A DNA stretch of 64,000 nt, taken from assembly GCF_009834535.1 (NCBI RefSeq), contig NC_045697.1:14138001-14202000 (forward strand), written 5' to 3'. Below are positions 51,801 to 63,900 of the stretch, piece by piece. The notes beneath the pieces were generated by a model. It did not search any database. It saw nothing but the letters and a program-made list of their open reading frames with translations, and was not told where the DNA came from. This DNA comes from Camelus ferus (lineage: Eukaryota). Each line of letters begins with the position of its first letter. Positions within the stretch are counted from its first letter, which is position 1. The translations under genes were made by a program, and so were the position numbers.

Positions 51801-54575
51801 GAGAGCTACTCTGACTCTTCTACCATTTTATTATAACTTGATTTAGCATCTCCCTTTGGCTCTGATATCATCTCCTTGTTATAGAAACAGATTAAACATG
51901 TGATTACCCTTGAATAAGAACTTTCAGGAGAGGATCTCGAAAAAGCATCCTGGATGGAAAATGAATCACAAGTTGATGGCAAAGAGAAGAAGGAAGATAG
52001 ACTTAGAAGAAAGGCAAACTGTGGGTGGGAAGATGAATGAAAGAAGAGAGCCAGTTACAAGGGATACAGTCCCAAGGGGTTAGAATATAGAAATAAGCAG
52101 ATTTAGAAAAGCCAGGTGGATGTAAAAATCACATTATTAGAGGGACATTTAGTTTGGTGGAATTAGAATCTAAATAAAACAGAAAAAAGGAATCATATCA
52201 TTTTAAGACATTTGGCCACATCAAAGGATGCTGCCATTCAGAGTTTATATTACATAACTCACAAACATCTTTTGAATTATCTGTCACTCAAACTCAACTA
52301 CTGGAAATAAGAAATTCTCTTTGAAGAATCTATTTTAAAAGAGGGATTTGAAAAAAGAAAAAGCAAACAGAATGGTAGTTGTAGTAATCCGCTTTACCAA
52401 GCTAAATAAGTTAAAATTCGGTATTTTATATATTCCTAATCCTGATGCCGCCGAAACAGCGGGTTTAAGAAATCACCAGGAGAAACCTGTGCACCTGGAA
52501 AAAAGTGTGTTATTTTGATTCCTGTTCCTAAAATGAATATGTGCAAGAGAGCAACGATCTCCCTTTTATACCATAAGAGACTGCAGAGACTAAAAATAGT
52601 TGAGTAGGATTTGCTATATCAAAAACCAAATTTGGTCCTGGAAAAAAGTGGAGAAATTAGTGCTTATTAATCAGCTATGGTTCAGTGGATATTTATTAAA
52701 TAAATCTTGACTGTGCTAAAAACTCAGCAGAGACTACTTCAGCCTGGCAGTTTTGTGATCTGAATGCTCTATTAAAATAATTCTTCAAAAATGTACCCAG
52801 TTTTTTTTTTCCCCTAAAACAATCTCTAGCTTCTCATCCAAATATTCAAACATAATTTTTGAAAAATGTCACATTCTGCAGAATAAGCTTAGACACTGCC
52901 AACCCTGAACCCCTCCATTCAAACCACAGCCTGACAGGGTTTGAAAGCACAGAAATAGACTAAAAGACAATTTTCTTCAAGGTCTTGGGAAGTGGCCAGA
53001 TGAATCTTTACAGTCCTTGCAGTTGCTGACGTGCTATTTTGCTGGTGTACATTCTTAGCTGCCTCATTCTGTGCCTTTGTTCCAAGAGTCTTCTTTCTTC
53101 TAGCCCAGCCAAGAGAGCCATTACCATTTAGATATTTCCTTTCCTAGCGCTGATTCTAAATGTGATCATTTTTGCAAACACAAAACCAACTATTGTGGGG
53201 TATTACATTAATTTAACTTATTGCTCTAACTGCCACCGTTCACTTCTCCAGTGCTCTGAATAGCTAAATTCATTTGATAAATACGTTGGTGAGGGAGTGA
53301 GAAATTAAATTTCTATGAAGCTCACTTCAGTATGAATCCCAGAAATTTTCCAGCCACGATCTGATGCAACAATTTCATTGGTTATTCTGGTACCAAGAAA
53401 AACTGGAGGGGATACTGGCAAGACCTCCCATAGTGACGGTGGTGTCACTCATAACAAACAACACCCCTTCCAGTTAATACAGTCATCCTCAGAACTGTCA
53501 CCTACTTCCAGGTAGTTAAAAAAGAAACAGGAATCTGTATGTAAATATATTTCAGGGTTTTAGCTGATAGAAAAACTGAACAATATAGAATGCTATCCTT
53601 TTTAGGATTATACTCCAAAACCATTCTATGAATATGTAATTCCCAGGGTAAGGGAGTATTTAGATACGAAGAGTTTTAGTGGCCACCCTGTTAATTCACA
53701 TTTTCTTTCATACGTGAGTTTCTGTCAGTAGACCAGTGGCTTACCAAGATAAAAACACAGATCCATAGAAGAATGTAACTAACGGAAGTTTCTATTAGCA
53801 CAAGCCGTGTAGCTTTCGGGATGGAGAGACCTTAGAAGGTTAGAGCCATGATGGTAGCGTCGGGGGTGCTGTATGGTTGACTCAGATAACTTTGCTAGAA
53901 GTGATGTGCAATGAATCAGGCCCTTAGAGGTATCACTGCTTGTTCCAGTGAGGTTGAGGAACTTCAGAGAGATTGGTGATGAAAGCAAAAATACAATTAA
54001 TGTTTACATTATAATATATTTGTATTTTAAATGTAAAAATGTCACTCTGACAGTGTCCTCATCAGTTGCCAAAAGGCAGTCTAGTGGGCTCTCACAAGCA
54101 GAGCAAGAAGTAGCATCAATGGAACAAAATTTTATCGAGGATGGTGCAGTAGCCACATTGTTGGCCGTGTATGGAACAGATCTGTGCAGCCAGAGGAAAG
54201 TGGCCACAGCTGAATGTATATTTAATCTAGACTTTTCATGGACCACGAGATTTTTCTTTTTTTAACGTCTATCCCAAAATTGCAAGTAGAGACCGCTTCA
54301 GCGGTGTTTCCTTCTCGGCAAGGAAGACACGAAATTCTCACCCATCACGTGCCCGTGCTAACGTACTGACAAACAGAACTAAAGGGATATGAGGGCGAAT
54401 ATAATGGAGGTTTCATTTTTGGTTCATTTTCGTCCACAGAAATGTGGTAGTTTGTATCTCCTGTATGAAAATACAGCACTGAACTAAGATTATCAGAGCA
54501 GGTGCATGCTGAGGCATTTTTAATTGCGTGGATGAATTTGTACTTATTCATAAAACTTGCCCTCCTGTCCCCCAG

Positions 54576-54601
54576 CACACCCACAGACACACCCACAGAC
54601 A

Positions 54602-54652
<51 letters not shown>
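54576..54652. repeat. (CA)n microsatellite: perfect (AC)23 at 54607-54652 preceded by CACACCCACAGA units
   Basis: Read directly. Confidence 0.95.
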
Positions 54653-54654
<2 letters not shown>

Positions 54655-55068
54655 TTCTTTTGGGATCCAAGGCGTACCCTTCCATGCTTGTTGGCTGAGT
54701 AATGAAGTTGCAGGCACTGGCCGTGGAAAGATCCACATAAGCTAGTTGGCTAATAAGTGGGTTGACCCTGTGACGTTGGCATCATTAACGTCTGATCCTA
54801 ACCACCTACGCTCACAACCCAGAGTCCCACTCTGAGGTCCAAGAGTGTCACCATTACTTCCCAATGAAACGACTTCCTGACCCATTCTTAAAGACAGTGT
54901 CGTGATGCTGATTTCTGGTTTGACATGGAAGAGGAGCACATCTAGCCATAGCTGTGTTACAGTAATAATTTTCTACAGAATTTACTGTTACATTAAGGCA
55001 TTGAAATAACTCCAAGTGAATTGGAAACAGAAAGCATCCGCTCCTCATATTTTTCAATTAATTTTCAG

Positions 55069-55193
55069 GTCCTGTGGATGTCAATATTCTAGCTAAATGC
55101 AATCCCTGCTTATCAAATCCCTGTAAAAACGATGGCACCTGTAACAATGATCCCGTTGACTTTTATCGCTGCACCTGCCCGTATGGTTTCAAG
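55069..55193 (+). CDS. SLIT2: SLIT2 exon 27 (125 nt), EGF1: [42 protein letters not shown]
   Basis: Acceptor attttcag|, donor |gtaagt; EGF cysteine spacing. Confidence 0.96.
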
Positions 55194-55332
55194 GTAAGTA
55201 GAAGCTGTTGTGGGAACTAAGAGCTGAAAACGTAGCTTTCCTTGGTGGGGCCTCATCTTACTGTGGTGCTTTCTCTATGAGCCGAGAACGACTTTATTTA
55301 CACTTAACTTTACTTGACCATTTCTTCTCCAG

Positions 55333-55430
55333 GGCCAGGACTGTGATGTCCCAATTCATGCATGCATCAGTAACCCATGTAAACATGGAGGAACTTGCCA
55401 CTTGAAAGAAGGAGAAAAAGATGGATTCTG
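55333..55430 (+). CDS. SLIT2: SLIT2 exon 28 (98 nt), end of EGF1 and EGF2: [32 protein letters not shown](W)
   Basis: Acceptor tttcttctccag|, donor |gtaggt. Confidence 0.96.
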
Positions 55431-56704
55431 GTAGGTCGCTGGTCTGTGATCTGTGTCTAAAGTACTGGAGCAACAATAACTAAGCAAACATGCATTTTTC
55501 CTTTTTAAATCCAAGAGCTTTATTTTTAAAAGGATGCCAGAAGTCTGTTCAGAAGAAAATTATGTATTAGTGTGTCTCAGAGCTATTTCAATTTAAAAAC
55601 AAATAGAGACATTGAAATATTCTCAAGTCAGGATGCTACAAAGCCAAGAAATTTAAAACCTCTCACATGCATACATTATAATTAATCAAGTCAGATTAGG
55701 TCAAGATAAAGAGGTGGCTCTGTCATGCTAATTAATAGCCAAATAGCCTATTGCAAATAGTCCCCTATCTGTTACTTTGTGTATTGCTTTCACGGACAGT
55801 GGGTAATGATAAAATGTAGGTCCCACTGAAACAGAACATTAACAATTATTTCCAAGCCACACTATGAGCAGACAACCATGCTGTGAACATTTTTATTCTG
55901 GAGTTATTCAATCATACACTACAATTACTTCAGATGTACTGAGTAAATCATGAAGGAAAGTTCTTATAATGACACACATAATTTCACATAAGAGTGCTAA
56001 TCTACTGCTAAAGATTGTTACAAGTATCACATTTTATAATAAATATACTTCATTAGTGCATTCTGTTATGAAATTGTGTCTTTTCATCAAGACTTTACTC
56101 AAAGATTATTCTACCTATCAAGATGAAATGTACAATGGTTTATGCCAGTGAAAAGAATTGTATTTGTTGAGATATAAAGAGAATATTCACACGTTTATAA
56201 TTGCAAGAAAAACAAAGTTTTGTTCTCAGATTTCTTTTTTGCTTTGAGACATCAAGAACATTACACATAAGGTAATAGGGGTTGTAATTAAAAAAAAAAA
56301 AAACACAGAACCATTCCTTCTCATTTATGAGCAAAGAAGCATGAGTTATTTTATTAGAGCATATCTCGAGATTAGGATATCTGGGGCTGTAGACTAAACT
56401 TTGCTCGTGTTTTAGATCTGCAAATATATTGGATTTATTGACTTACAGGACCATGGGGCCATATGCCGTCTTGCCACCAGCAAAAATTTTCTTTCTCAAA
56501 TTGTTTCTGGTTGGGGAATATTACCTTAAATTGATGCTTACAGCATGTCATTTAGAAGCATTTTAAGAATCAATTTCTTGTCATTAAAATCTCTGTAATT
56601 GATGAGTGTACTTAGTTTTTTTTTTAATATTTAGACCATATGGTATGAAAATTCAGGAAGTCTGGTTTTTTTTTTTTTTTGTCTTTTCTTCCCCTGGCAT
56701 TCAG

Positions 56705-56844
56705 GTGTATTTGTGCTGATGGATTTGAAGGAGAAAATTGTGAAATCAATGTTGATGACTGTGAAGATAATGACTGTGAAAATAACTCTACATGCGTCGA
56801 TGGAATTAATAACTACACGTGCCTTTGCCCACCTGAGTACACAG
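56705..56844 (+). CDS. SLIT2: SLIT2 exon 29 (140 nt), end of EGF2 and EGF3: [46 protein letters not shown](G)
   Basis: Acceptor ggcattcag|, donor |gtagga; overlaps ORF 56679..56948; calcium-binding EGF motif. Confidence 0.96.
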
Positions 56845-59800
56845 GTAGGAAGACTAGGAAGTGCTCTGCCATCAATCTGTGTATCTCCTTGAAAGCACCA
56901 TCAGCACCCGGCTGCATGTGTTTAGTAAACCATTGTATTATTCAGTAACTGACAGGTGTTTTGGAAATTAGGTGTAATGTACCAATAGACAGATTAAAGA
57001 TGATTTCAGCCAACCAAATAAAAGTCCTGGTGAGCTCAGTCAGAACACAGGCATCTATCATAAAGTCATGCTACCCAGCTCAAAGGAAGTTATCATGCTG
57101 AAGCTTTTACTCCCACAACTAAATGTCATTTTCATGCAAAGTGTTTTTCCAGTGCAGACCAACCCACCAATACGTATGGGAAAAGGGGGCATATCCTAAC
57201 ATAGTCAAAACATAATTAAGCACTTGAGATTCTTCCTGTCCATCCTTGTTTCTTCATTAATGAGTATTTGCCTCTAGTAACTCACGTCCTTCAAAATAAA
57301 TCGCAATCAGGAAGATACTGATCACTCTGGATAATCTTATGAGATCATCTCCCCCTTTTGTTGTATCTTGATACGAAATGTCAAGAAAAAAAGGTGATAC
57401 ATCTCATAAGATGATTCAAACTGCTAAACTTCTTCCCTGGATAAACCAATTTCCTATAAAGTCAACATCAAGTTTATGACTTCCCTATTACGTCAGAATA
57501 TCTATTTTGATTGATTTTTTGTGCCTATGAATAATAAACTTCATAGCTGCAATCTTGTTTGCCTCATAGACCATCTAGTTTTTGAATTGATAGAGAAAAG
57601 GAGATTGATACACATTATGTTTGTAAGAAAAAATGAAGAAATAGGTTCTGTCACTTTCTGCAAAGTTACCATTTTCATTTGGCTGGGTATTTTTCATTAA
57701 TCATTTTTATTTCCACGTATATGGTTAAGAATATTAGAGGGTGATGTAGCTACTTGGATGACTGAGGTTAACATCTCTAAACATGAAGAGTGAAAGCACA
57801 CCTGTACGATCAACTTTCCTGGGGACTTGTTTAAAAAGCATTGAAATTTAAGCTTTTATGGAATACTCACACTTTGCATTTTAAGAGGTATTTTTCTTGA
57901 TGCAAAAATGCTCAATAGAATAATGAATTCCTATTTTGATACCCTGGGTCTGTTTGAGAGATTCTGCAGCTGCCTTTTTCAGTGGTGTGATTTTTCCTTT
58001 CACACCACTGAGCCATTTGATGCCATGTGAAGTAATACACTAAATTTCCAGTAGAAGTTTGAACGTGTTATATCATCAGTTGCTCTATTATAAAATATAT
58101 ATATACACAGTCCTTGGACACCTTAGGGGCCAAAATTTGAATTCTCTGCTATGCACCCATCTGACATGGCTAGGAAGAGTTTAGGTGCTACATAGCTTTG
58201 ACCTTCATACCAGTATTACTTGTGTCACACCTCAGAGACTTGCCATTAGCCTGAGCACAGATTCAGGAGCCCTTGGAGCTACCCTGAGAATCTGAGTTTT
58301 ATTGGATGGGCTAATGTAGCCTTGTACCAGCAGCCCGATGCTTGCACTAAAATCAGTACCCCATATCTCCTTATGCCATCATTGTTCTAATCATTATAGA
58401 AAGAACCTAATTCACTTAATGTCAGAGGCCTCTTTAAACTAACCTACTCTGACCAGGACAAATTGAAGCCGAGCATTTCAAGCGCAGTTTGGTTAGCTAG
58501 TGTGCTCCTGAGCACGGACACTGGGAACAACCCCTCACTGATGACAACTGAGGCTTGAGAGCGCTGCTGTGTTCCAGTGCTCACACGCCTTTTTCATGAT
58601 AGTTTGTGACTTGAGCTGGTTTGGAAGGATCTGCTGTTTTAGATTTGCTGTACCTCATTCCTTTTCCATTTCTTCTAGTCTTTGTCTTACCTTCTCCCCC
58701 TTCGTTTTCCAAGCTCCCTTCCTACACCTCATCTTCTTGAACATGTCTTCTCCATCCCGGAGTGATTCAGTTCAGTGCAGCCTCCTCAGAGAAGTATTCT
58801 GAAGCTCATCTCCCTGGGTCAGACCTCTTACTTTGAAACATGTCCAAACAACTCCAGAGCTTAGCACAGCTACCCTTCAGCCAAAATGTGACATCTATAA
58901 AAGCTGTCATGTGGGAACCTGCCATGACCGTTCGTCAAGAACCACTTGGTTCTCAACAGGAACTGAGTGAGACTCTTCTAGCCTTTTCAGTTACGTCTCC
59001 TGCAAATACCAGTTTGCCTTAATTCGGGCTAAGGACAAACAAAAATACTGCACTCAGTAGACAGTTCAGAGCATACAAAACATGAAGATATTACCCCTGC
59101 AGCTTTGGGTTGGGTTTTCTGGGCAGTGAGGAGTTTGACAGTTTGGCATTAGAGCAGCTCTCTAACCCAGGCACGTTTGCAACACATCAATTAGCTGTAG
59201 CATTTTTGTCCAAGTGTTAAATGAGCTCATTTACAGAATATCAAACCACCATCTGCAGATTTTGAAATCAGTGGCACATAAGTGGCCTTTAATTATAGGA
59301 AGGTGTAAATTGGACTCTAGAGTTTTAGATCTTGCTTTATCCAAGTCTGCAGTTAGGGAGACATTTTCTTATATTGTGGCTGTATTGTTTTAGATTTAAG
59401 TTTGGTATCTGATTAATGAGCATGAGATCTTGGGGCAGAAACCCTGCTGTGCTCAGGGAATACAGTAGTGTTGTCATTGTTTAAAAATCATTCAAGTCAC
59501 AAGTTGCTTTTCTGTTTGGAGATATTTTTACCTCCAAGGCATTCAGTGAAAAAATGAACTCTTTAGTAGGAGCAAATAAGACTGTTAATAGGGAAAGCTC
59601 GTAAGTCATTAAGGTGGAAGTTTTTACATTTGGCACCCATGTCAGAAATCAGAATGGATATGATGTGTTAATTCAGAGATCGAAAAGCAGTCTGACAGAG
59701 AAGTCATGATGTTGATGGGCAGGCTATAAAACACGGCTACACATTTTCAAAATAAAACGAACCACTGTTGGGAAGTTTATGAAATTTATTTAAGCCCATG

Positions 59801-60968
59801 TAACTAAAACATCACAGTAAATAGTTATTGATTTATTAGAGGACAAAACTCTGTCCTTTCTGGCTGCAGGGATTGACAACATAAATTTTAAGGGTTAGTA
59901 TTGTTTTTCTGTTATGTAATCCTTCCTTCAGCCTCCCCACCTGAGCATCAAAACTGTTCTTTTCCACCGAATTCAGTCCATCATCTGTCCTTCAGTTGAA
60001 TAACATGTGACTGTGGATTGCTAGCATTCTTCAGAAAAGAGTCATTTTTGAAAAGTTAAATTCATTGTGATTCTAAATTAAAATTACTATCACTAAACTA
60101 AAGATTAAATAAAATCCAGAATTGCTAAACAAATACTTTAAAAATCTACTCCAGAGTTTTAACTTTAGCTTGAAAGATTATGTTTTAAGTTGTGGTTTTT
60201 TTTTTTTAATAATTATTATATCTTTTCTAAACACAAGGCATTTCTTGAAAGTAAATTTTCAAGGAATTACTCATATTAGACTAGCTCAAAATTTATAAAA
60301 GTGAAAATTGTAAACATGGCACCCCTGCAATGTTGAAAAACTTGACACCTTTTCTTAAGCTCTGGTATGAATTTAGGTGCTGAATTTTAAAATGCCGTTT
60401 GGTTTTGCATGTTTCCTAAGAGTCAGAACCCTGGATCGGCTCTGTAAAGAATGTATTTCTGAATTAACCCTCTTCTCACAGGACCACATACAAAGATGAT
60501 ACAAAATTGATCACATTTCAACCATGGACACTACGTAATGGGATGGCATAAGTCCAGTCAATGAAAGTTCACATACGAGTCGGGCATGTAAAGACTTAGA
60601 ATGTATTTTGTGGAAAGAATTCAGAACATTTTAATTTTTCCATTGTGTCCCATGATCTCTCTGTTTTCCGAATCTCCGATGCCCACACACAAACCATTCT
60701 GTGCACATCTCACAAAGCAGAGCTCCCGGTTGCTCAGTCACCCGGGCTAGCCGCAGAGCTCTGGCTCGCTGTGACGGCCTTTACCCTTTGCCTCGTGTCC
60801 TCCTTGTCTGTGCGTTGGCCCGGCTGTAGGTAAGCAGTCTAAGTTTGCTGCAGTTCGCTCCCTCACCCTTGGCTTCTCCGTGGTTAATGCTGTGCTTGGC
60901 TCCCTGTGCTCTGCTGTTGTACTGCAATGTAAAACGTCTTTTGTCTCTTCTGTCTTTGTCGCTGCCAG

Positions 60969-60995
60969 CTGCTAATCTGAATGAGGTGGAAAAAG
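60969..60995 (+). CDS. SLIT2: SLIT2 27-nt alternative microexon in intron 29 encoding AANLNEVEK
   Basis: Polypyrimidine tract tcttttgtctcttctgtctttgtc, then gctgccag|CTGCTAATCTGAATGAGGTGGAAAAAG|gttagt; 27 nt, phase 1-1, no stop in the exon-29 frame; the peptide matches my recollection of a 9-aa insert in long Slit2 isoforms. Confidence 0.85.
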
Positions 60996-63900
60996 GTTAG
61001 TTGCCTTTTAAGTCTATTATGATTTTATTTCAGTTTCCCTCTTTCTCTTAAAGCTACGTAGATTTCATGGTGTGGACATGGTCAAAGGAATGTTGACAAA
61101 AATGAAGCCTGAGATCAGTATGTCAAATCAGTCATTCACGTCTTTGATGTGTGATGATTATGCCAAATACTGTTTAAAAAAAAGTCTGAAATGCGCTTTA
61201 CCAATGCCTGGAAGGCTGGGAAATAAACTCTCTGGGAAGAAAGTGGCCAAAAAGAAAGATTGTTACTTTCTACTTTTTACTTACCTGTATGCTTTTCCTT
61301 TTTTAAAGATACCACAAATATTTATAATTTTTATAGTGAAAAATGTTAAGTCATTTAGTACAGGAGAGAGGCAGTCACTAGAAAAAATTTTTAAATAGAA
61401 TTTTCCCCTAACTTTAAAGTAGGACCTTTGGTAATTTGAAACATGCAAAATGTTAAAGGATGTATATATTTATTAAAACATTTTATCAGGTAAAAAATTA
61501 CCAAGCCCAAGTGGTTGATGTATAAAATAGCATTGTCAAACTCACAGAATGTCGTGAGTACTGAGCAGTATTTTTAAAGCATTAAAAGAGCCGTGTCTGA
61601 TCACTGACATCATCTGGTGGGCTTGGCTTTCCTAATACATCTGGGCCCAGGAAAGGAAGTCCTGGAGCGCTTAGGATGGTGGGCTTGTCTGGGGAGTCAT
61701 CATGGAGTCTTTGTAAAATTTTTACCTTGGAGAGTCAGAATTATACCTAGTAACATTATATTTTTATTCATTAAGCTTAACAAAAAGTCTTCAAATTCTC
61801 AGTGTAGGCACAGCATCCTAAAAGGAACATAATATATGCTTGTCTTGACACTTTCAGTTGTATGTGAAGCGTTAGCAGTAAGATTGTAGTGCTAACATGG
61901 GCTACATTATATAGCAACTCTGTCTCCTCTTGCTAATAAGGACTTCATTTTTTTTCTCTTGCACTGTTCAGGTGACTTTCTGGGTTTGGTCACGTACTCT
62001 TACTATATGCAGAGTTAAGTTAAAAAACATGAAAAAAATTGTTTCCTATTTTAGAATGTAAAAAATATAGCCTGTATATATACTCTGTGGATTAATGCAT
62101 CCAATACCATGCTTGGTCAAATGTTATCTTTTCTTTTTACAAGTACTAAAGCAATTGGGGCAAAGATGTCTAAGGTCTGATTCTATCTCAGAAAACACAA
62201 CGACAATTATTCTGCCACAGCAATATGTCCTTAAGTAGTTACAGATACCCTCAGGAGCAAGGTTGGAAGTATGATCGTGTGTTACATCACCACACGGTTT
62301 CCTGTGTTGACTAAATCTCATGCTTATGTGTATAAAAGATGTCTCTTATTTCCAAGAATCTGCTGCTGACTGAATTTGCTTTTAAAAGCAATCAAACCAT
62401 TTTCTATTGGTTTGAATCTAAAACTTAACTAGAAATGAAATTTTGAAGGGTAATTTTCTTAAATAAAAAGAAGCTCTGTAATTAGGTGACATATTATTAA
62501 TTTAAAAGAACTCTTTAGATATGGGCAATAAGGATTTGAGCAATAACGTGTCTGAAACAACAAGAAAGCACTGCTCAAGGATACGTACCTTGTAAGTAGG
62601 GGTCCAGATGCAAACCAATGCCTGACTGGGAGCAAGACATGCACTCTAATCTGGGGGCCTTCCCCTGGAACCAGTCCCTTCTTATTTGCTGCCATCTTCC
62701 AGGCTTGGCATCTTTTCACAGAGACTGACCAATCCTTTGTCCCGAACGAGCCTGCCTTCTGCTGCCTCTTCAGCTTGCTATACACAATTCTCCCTTATGT
62801 ACACTTGAAAAGAGTAAAGCCGTAGCCACAGAATGCTGGTGCAGACCGACATCTACTTTACTGACACATGAAAAACAGAAAGCGCCTATTCAGTGCCTAT
62901 ACAATTAATTAATGAATTCCCCTGATGTTTATCTCACGTAGGGCAGGAGGGATACTGATGAATTTATGTAGCTAATGGGAAAAGCTCAAATTTCTCATCC
63001 TAGCACTAAAATCTATCAACTCTGGAGCCTCTCACAGTCCTTAATGACATCTATCCCATCTCACTTAGATATTGAGAGTAACATGGAAGAATGTGTAAGA
63101 AAACTCTTTAAAATGGCTCTACTCCAGAAATAGCAGGGGCGGCCCTAGAGGACAGGTTTAGGTTTTGCATCATTCAGTCCCAACCATCATTACTGCAGTG
63201 ACGTGGTTTAGATGATTTGATGTCATTCTCAATAGCAGAAGACTTCTTAGGGAATTTTGATAGAGAAAATTCTACCTAAAGTAAGTTATATATGTGAAGG
63301 AATTTTCTCTCCCCATAGCTTTCAGTACTATCGTTTTTTAAATTATTATTTTGTCATTTTATTTGCTGTGCTCATGTCCAATGGAAAGGCTTTATTTAGC
63401 AATAAGTCTTTGGTTCTCTTTACCCCCTTACTCTACTTTGAAGCAGAAGGAAGTACTGAATGTTGAGGAGCTCTCAAATTTGGCTGTATTTTTGTGTATA
63501 TTTGGGTTCTCATGATCTCTTAATAACAGTGACTCCTTCTGTTATTAATTCTGCCTCGAGATGCGTAAGGTCTTTACATCAAAGTCAGTGTATTTGCAAT
63601 CGTATGTGCAGTGTGTTTTAACTAGAGGGAATATTTTGGCAGCCTAATGATACTCTGTGGTTGGCATTCATCTTCCAACCTTTCAGAGCCTTCTTAAACT
63701 TCTTTGAATCTCAGAAAACATTTTTAAAATCCTGTTTTCACTTTAGTTAATAACCAGAGCCCATTGAGCCCAAAACAGTAGTTTAGCTTAACCAAGCCTT
63801 ACTCAATCTAATTTGGATTTATTTATTTTGAAAATGAAGTTAAATATTTCTGCAGTTTCAGTAGCTGTTGGAATTGACTACATTATTTAACTGTTCCAAT

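Noticed and set aside
54291..54330. Two small overlapping hairpins (accgct/agcggt and gtgtttcctt/aaggaagacac)
   Set aside because: Too short, and no match to an RNA family I recognise.
58502..58583. Imperfect inverted repeat (tgagcac...actgggaaca / tgttccagtgctca)
   Set aside because: Short bulged stem with a large loop; not distinguishable from chance by eye.
62900..62920. TAATTA homeodomain (Lhx3/Isl1-like) motifs as a possible miR-218 motor-neuron enhancer
   Set aside because: Such hexamers are common in AT-rich introns, and nothing in the sequence singles these out.
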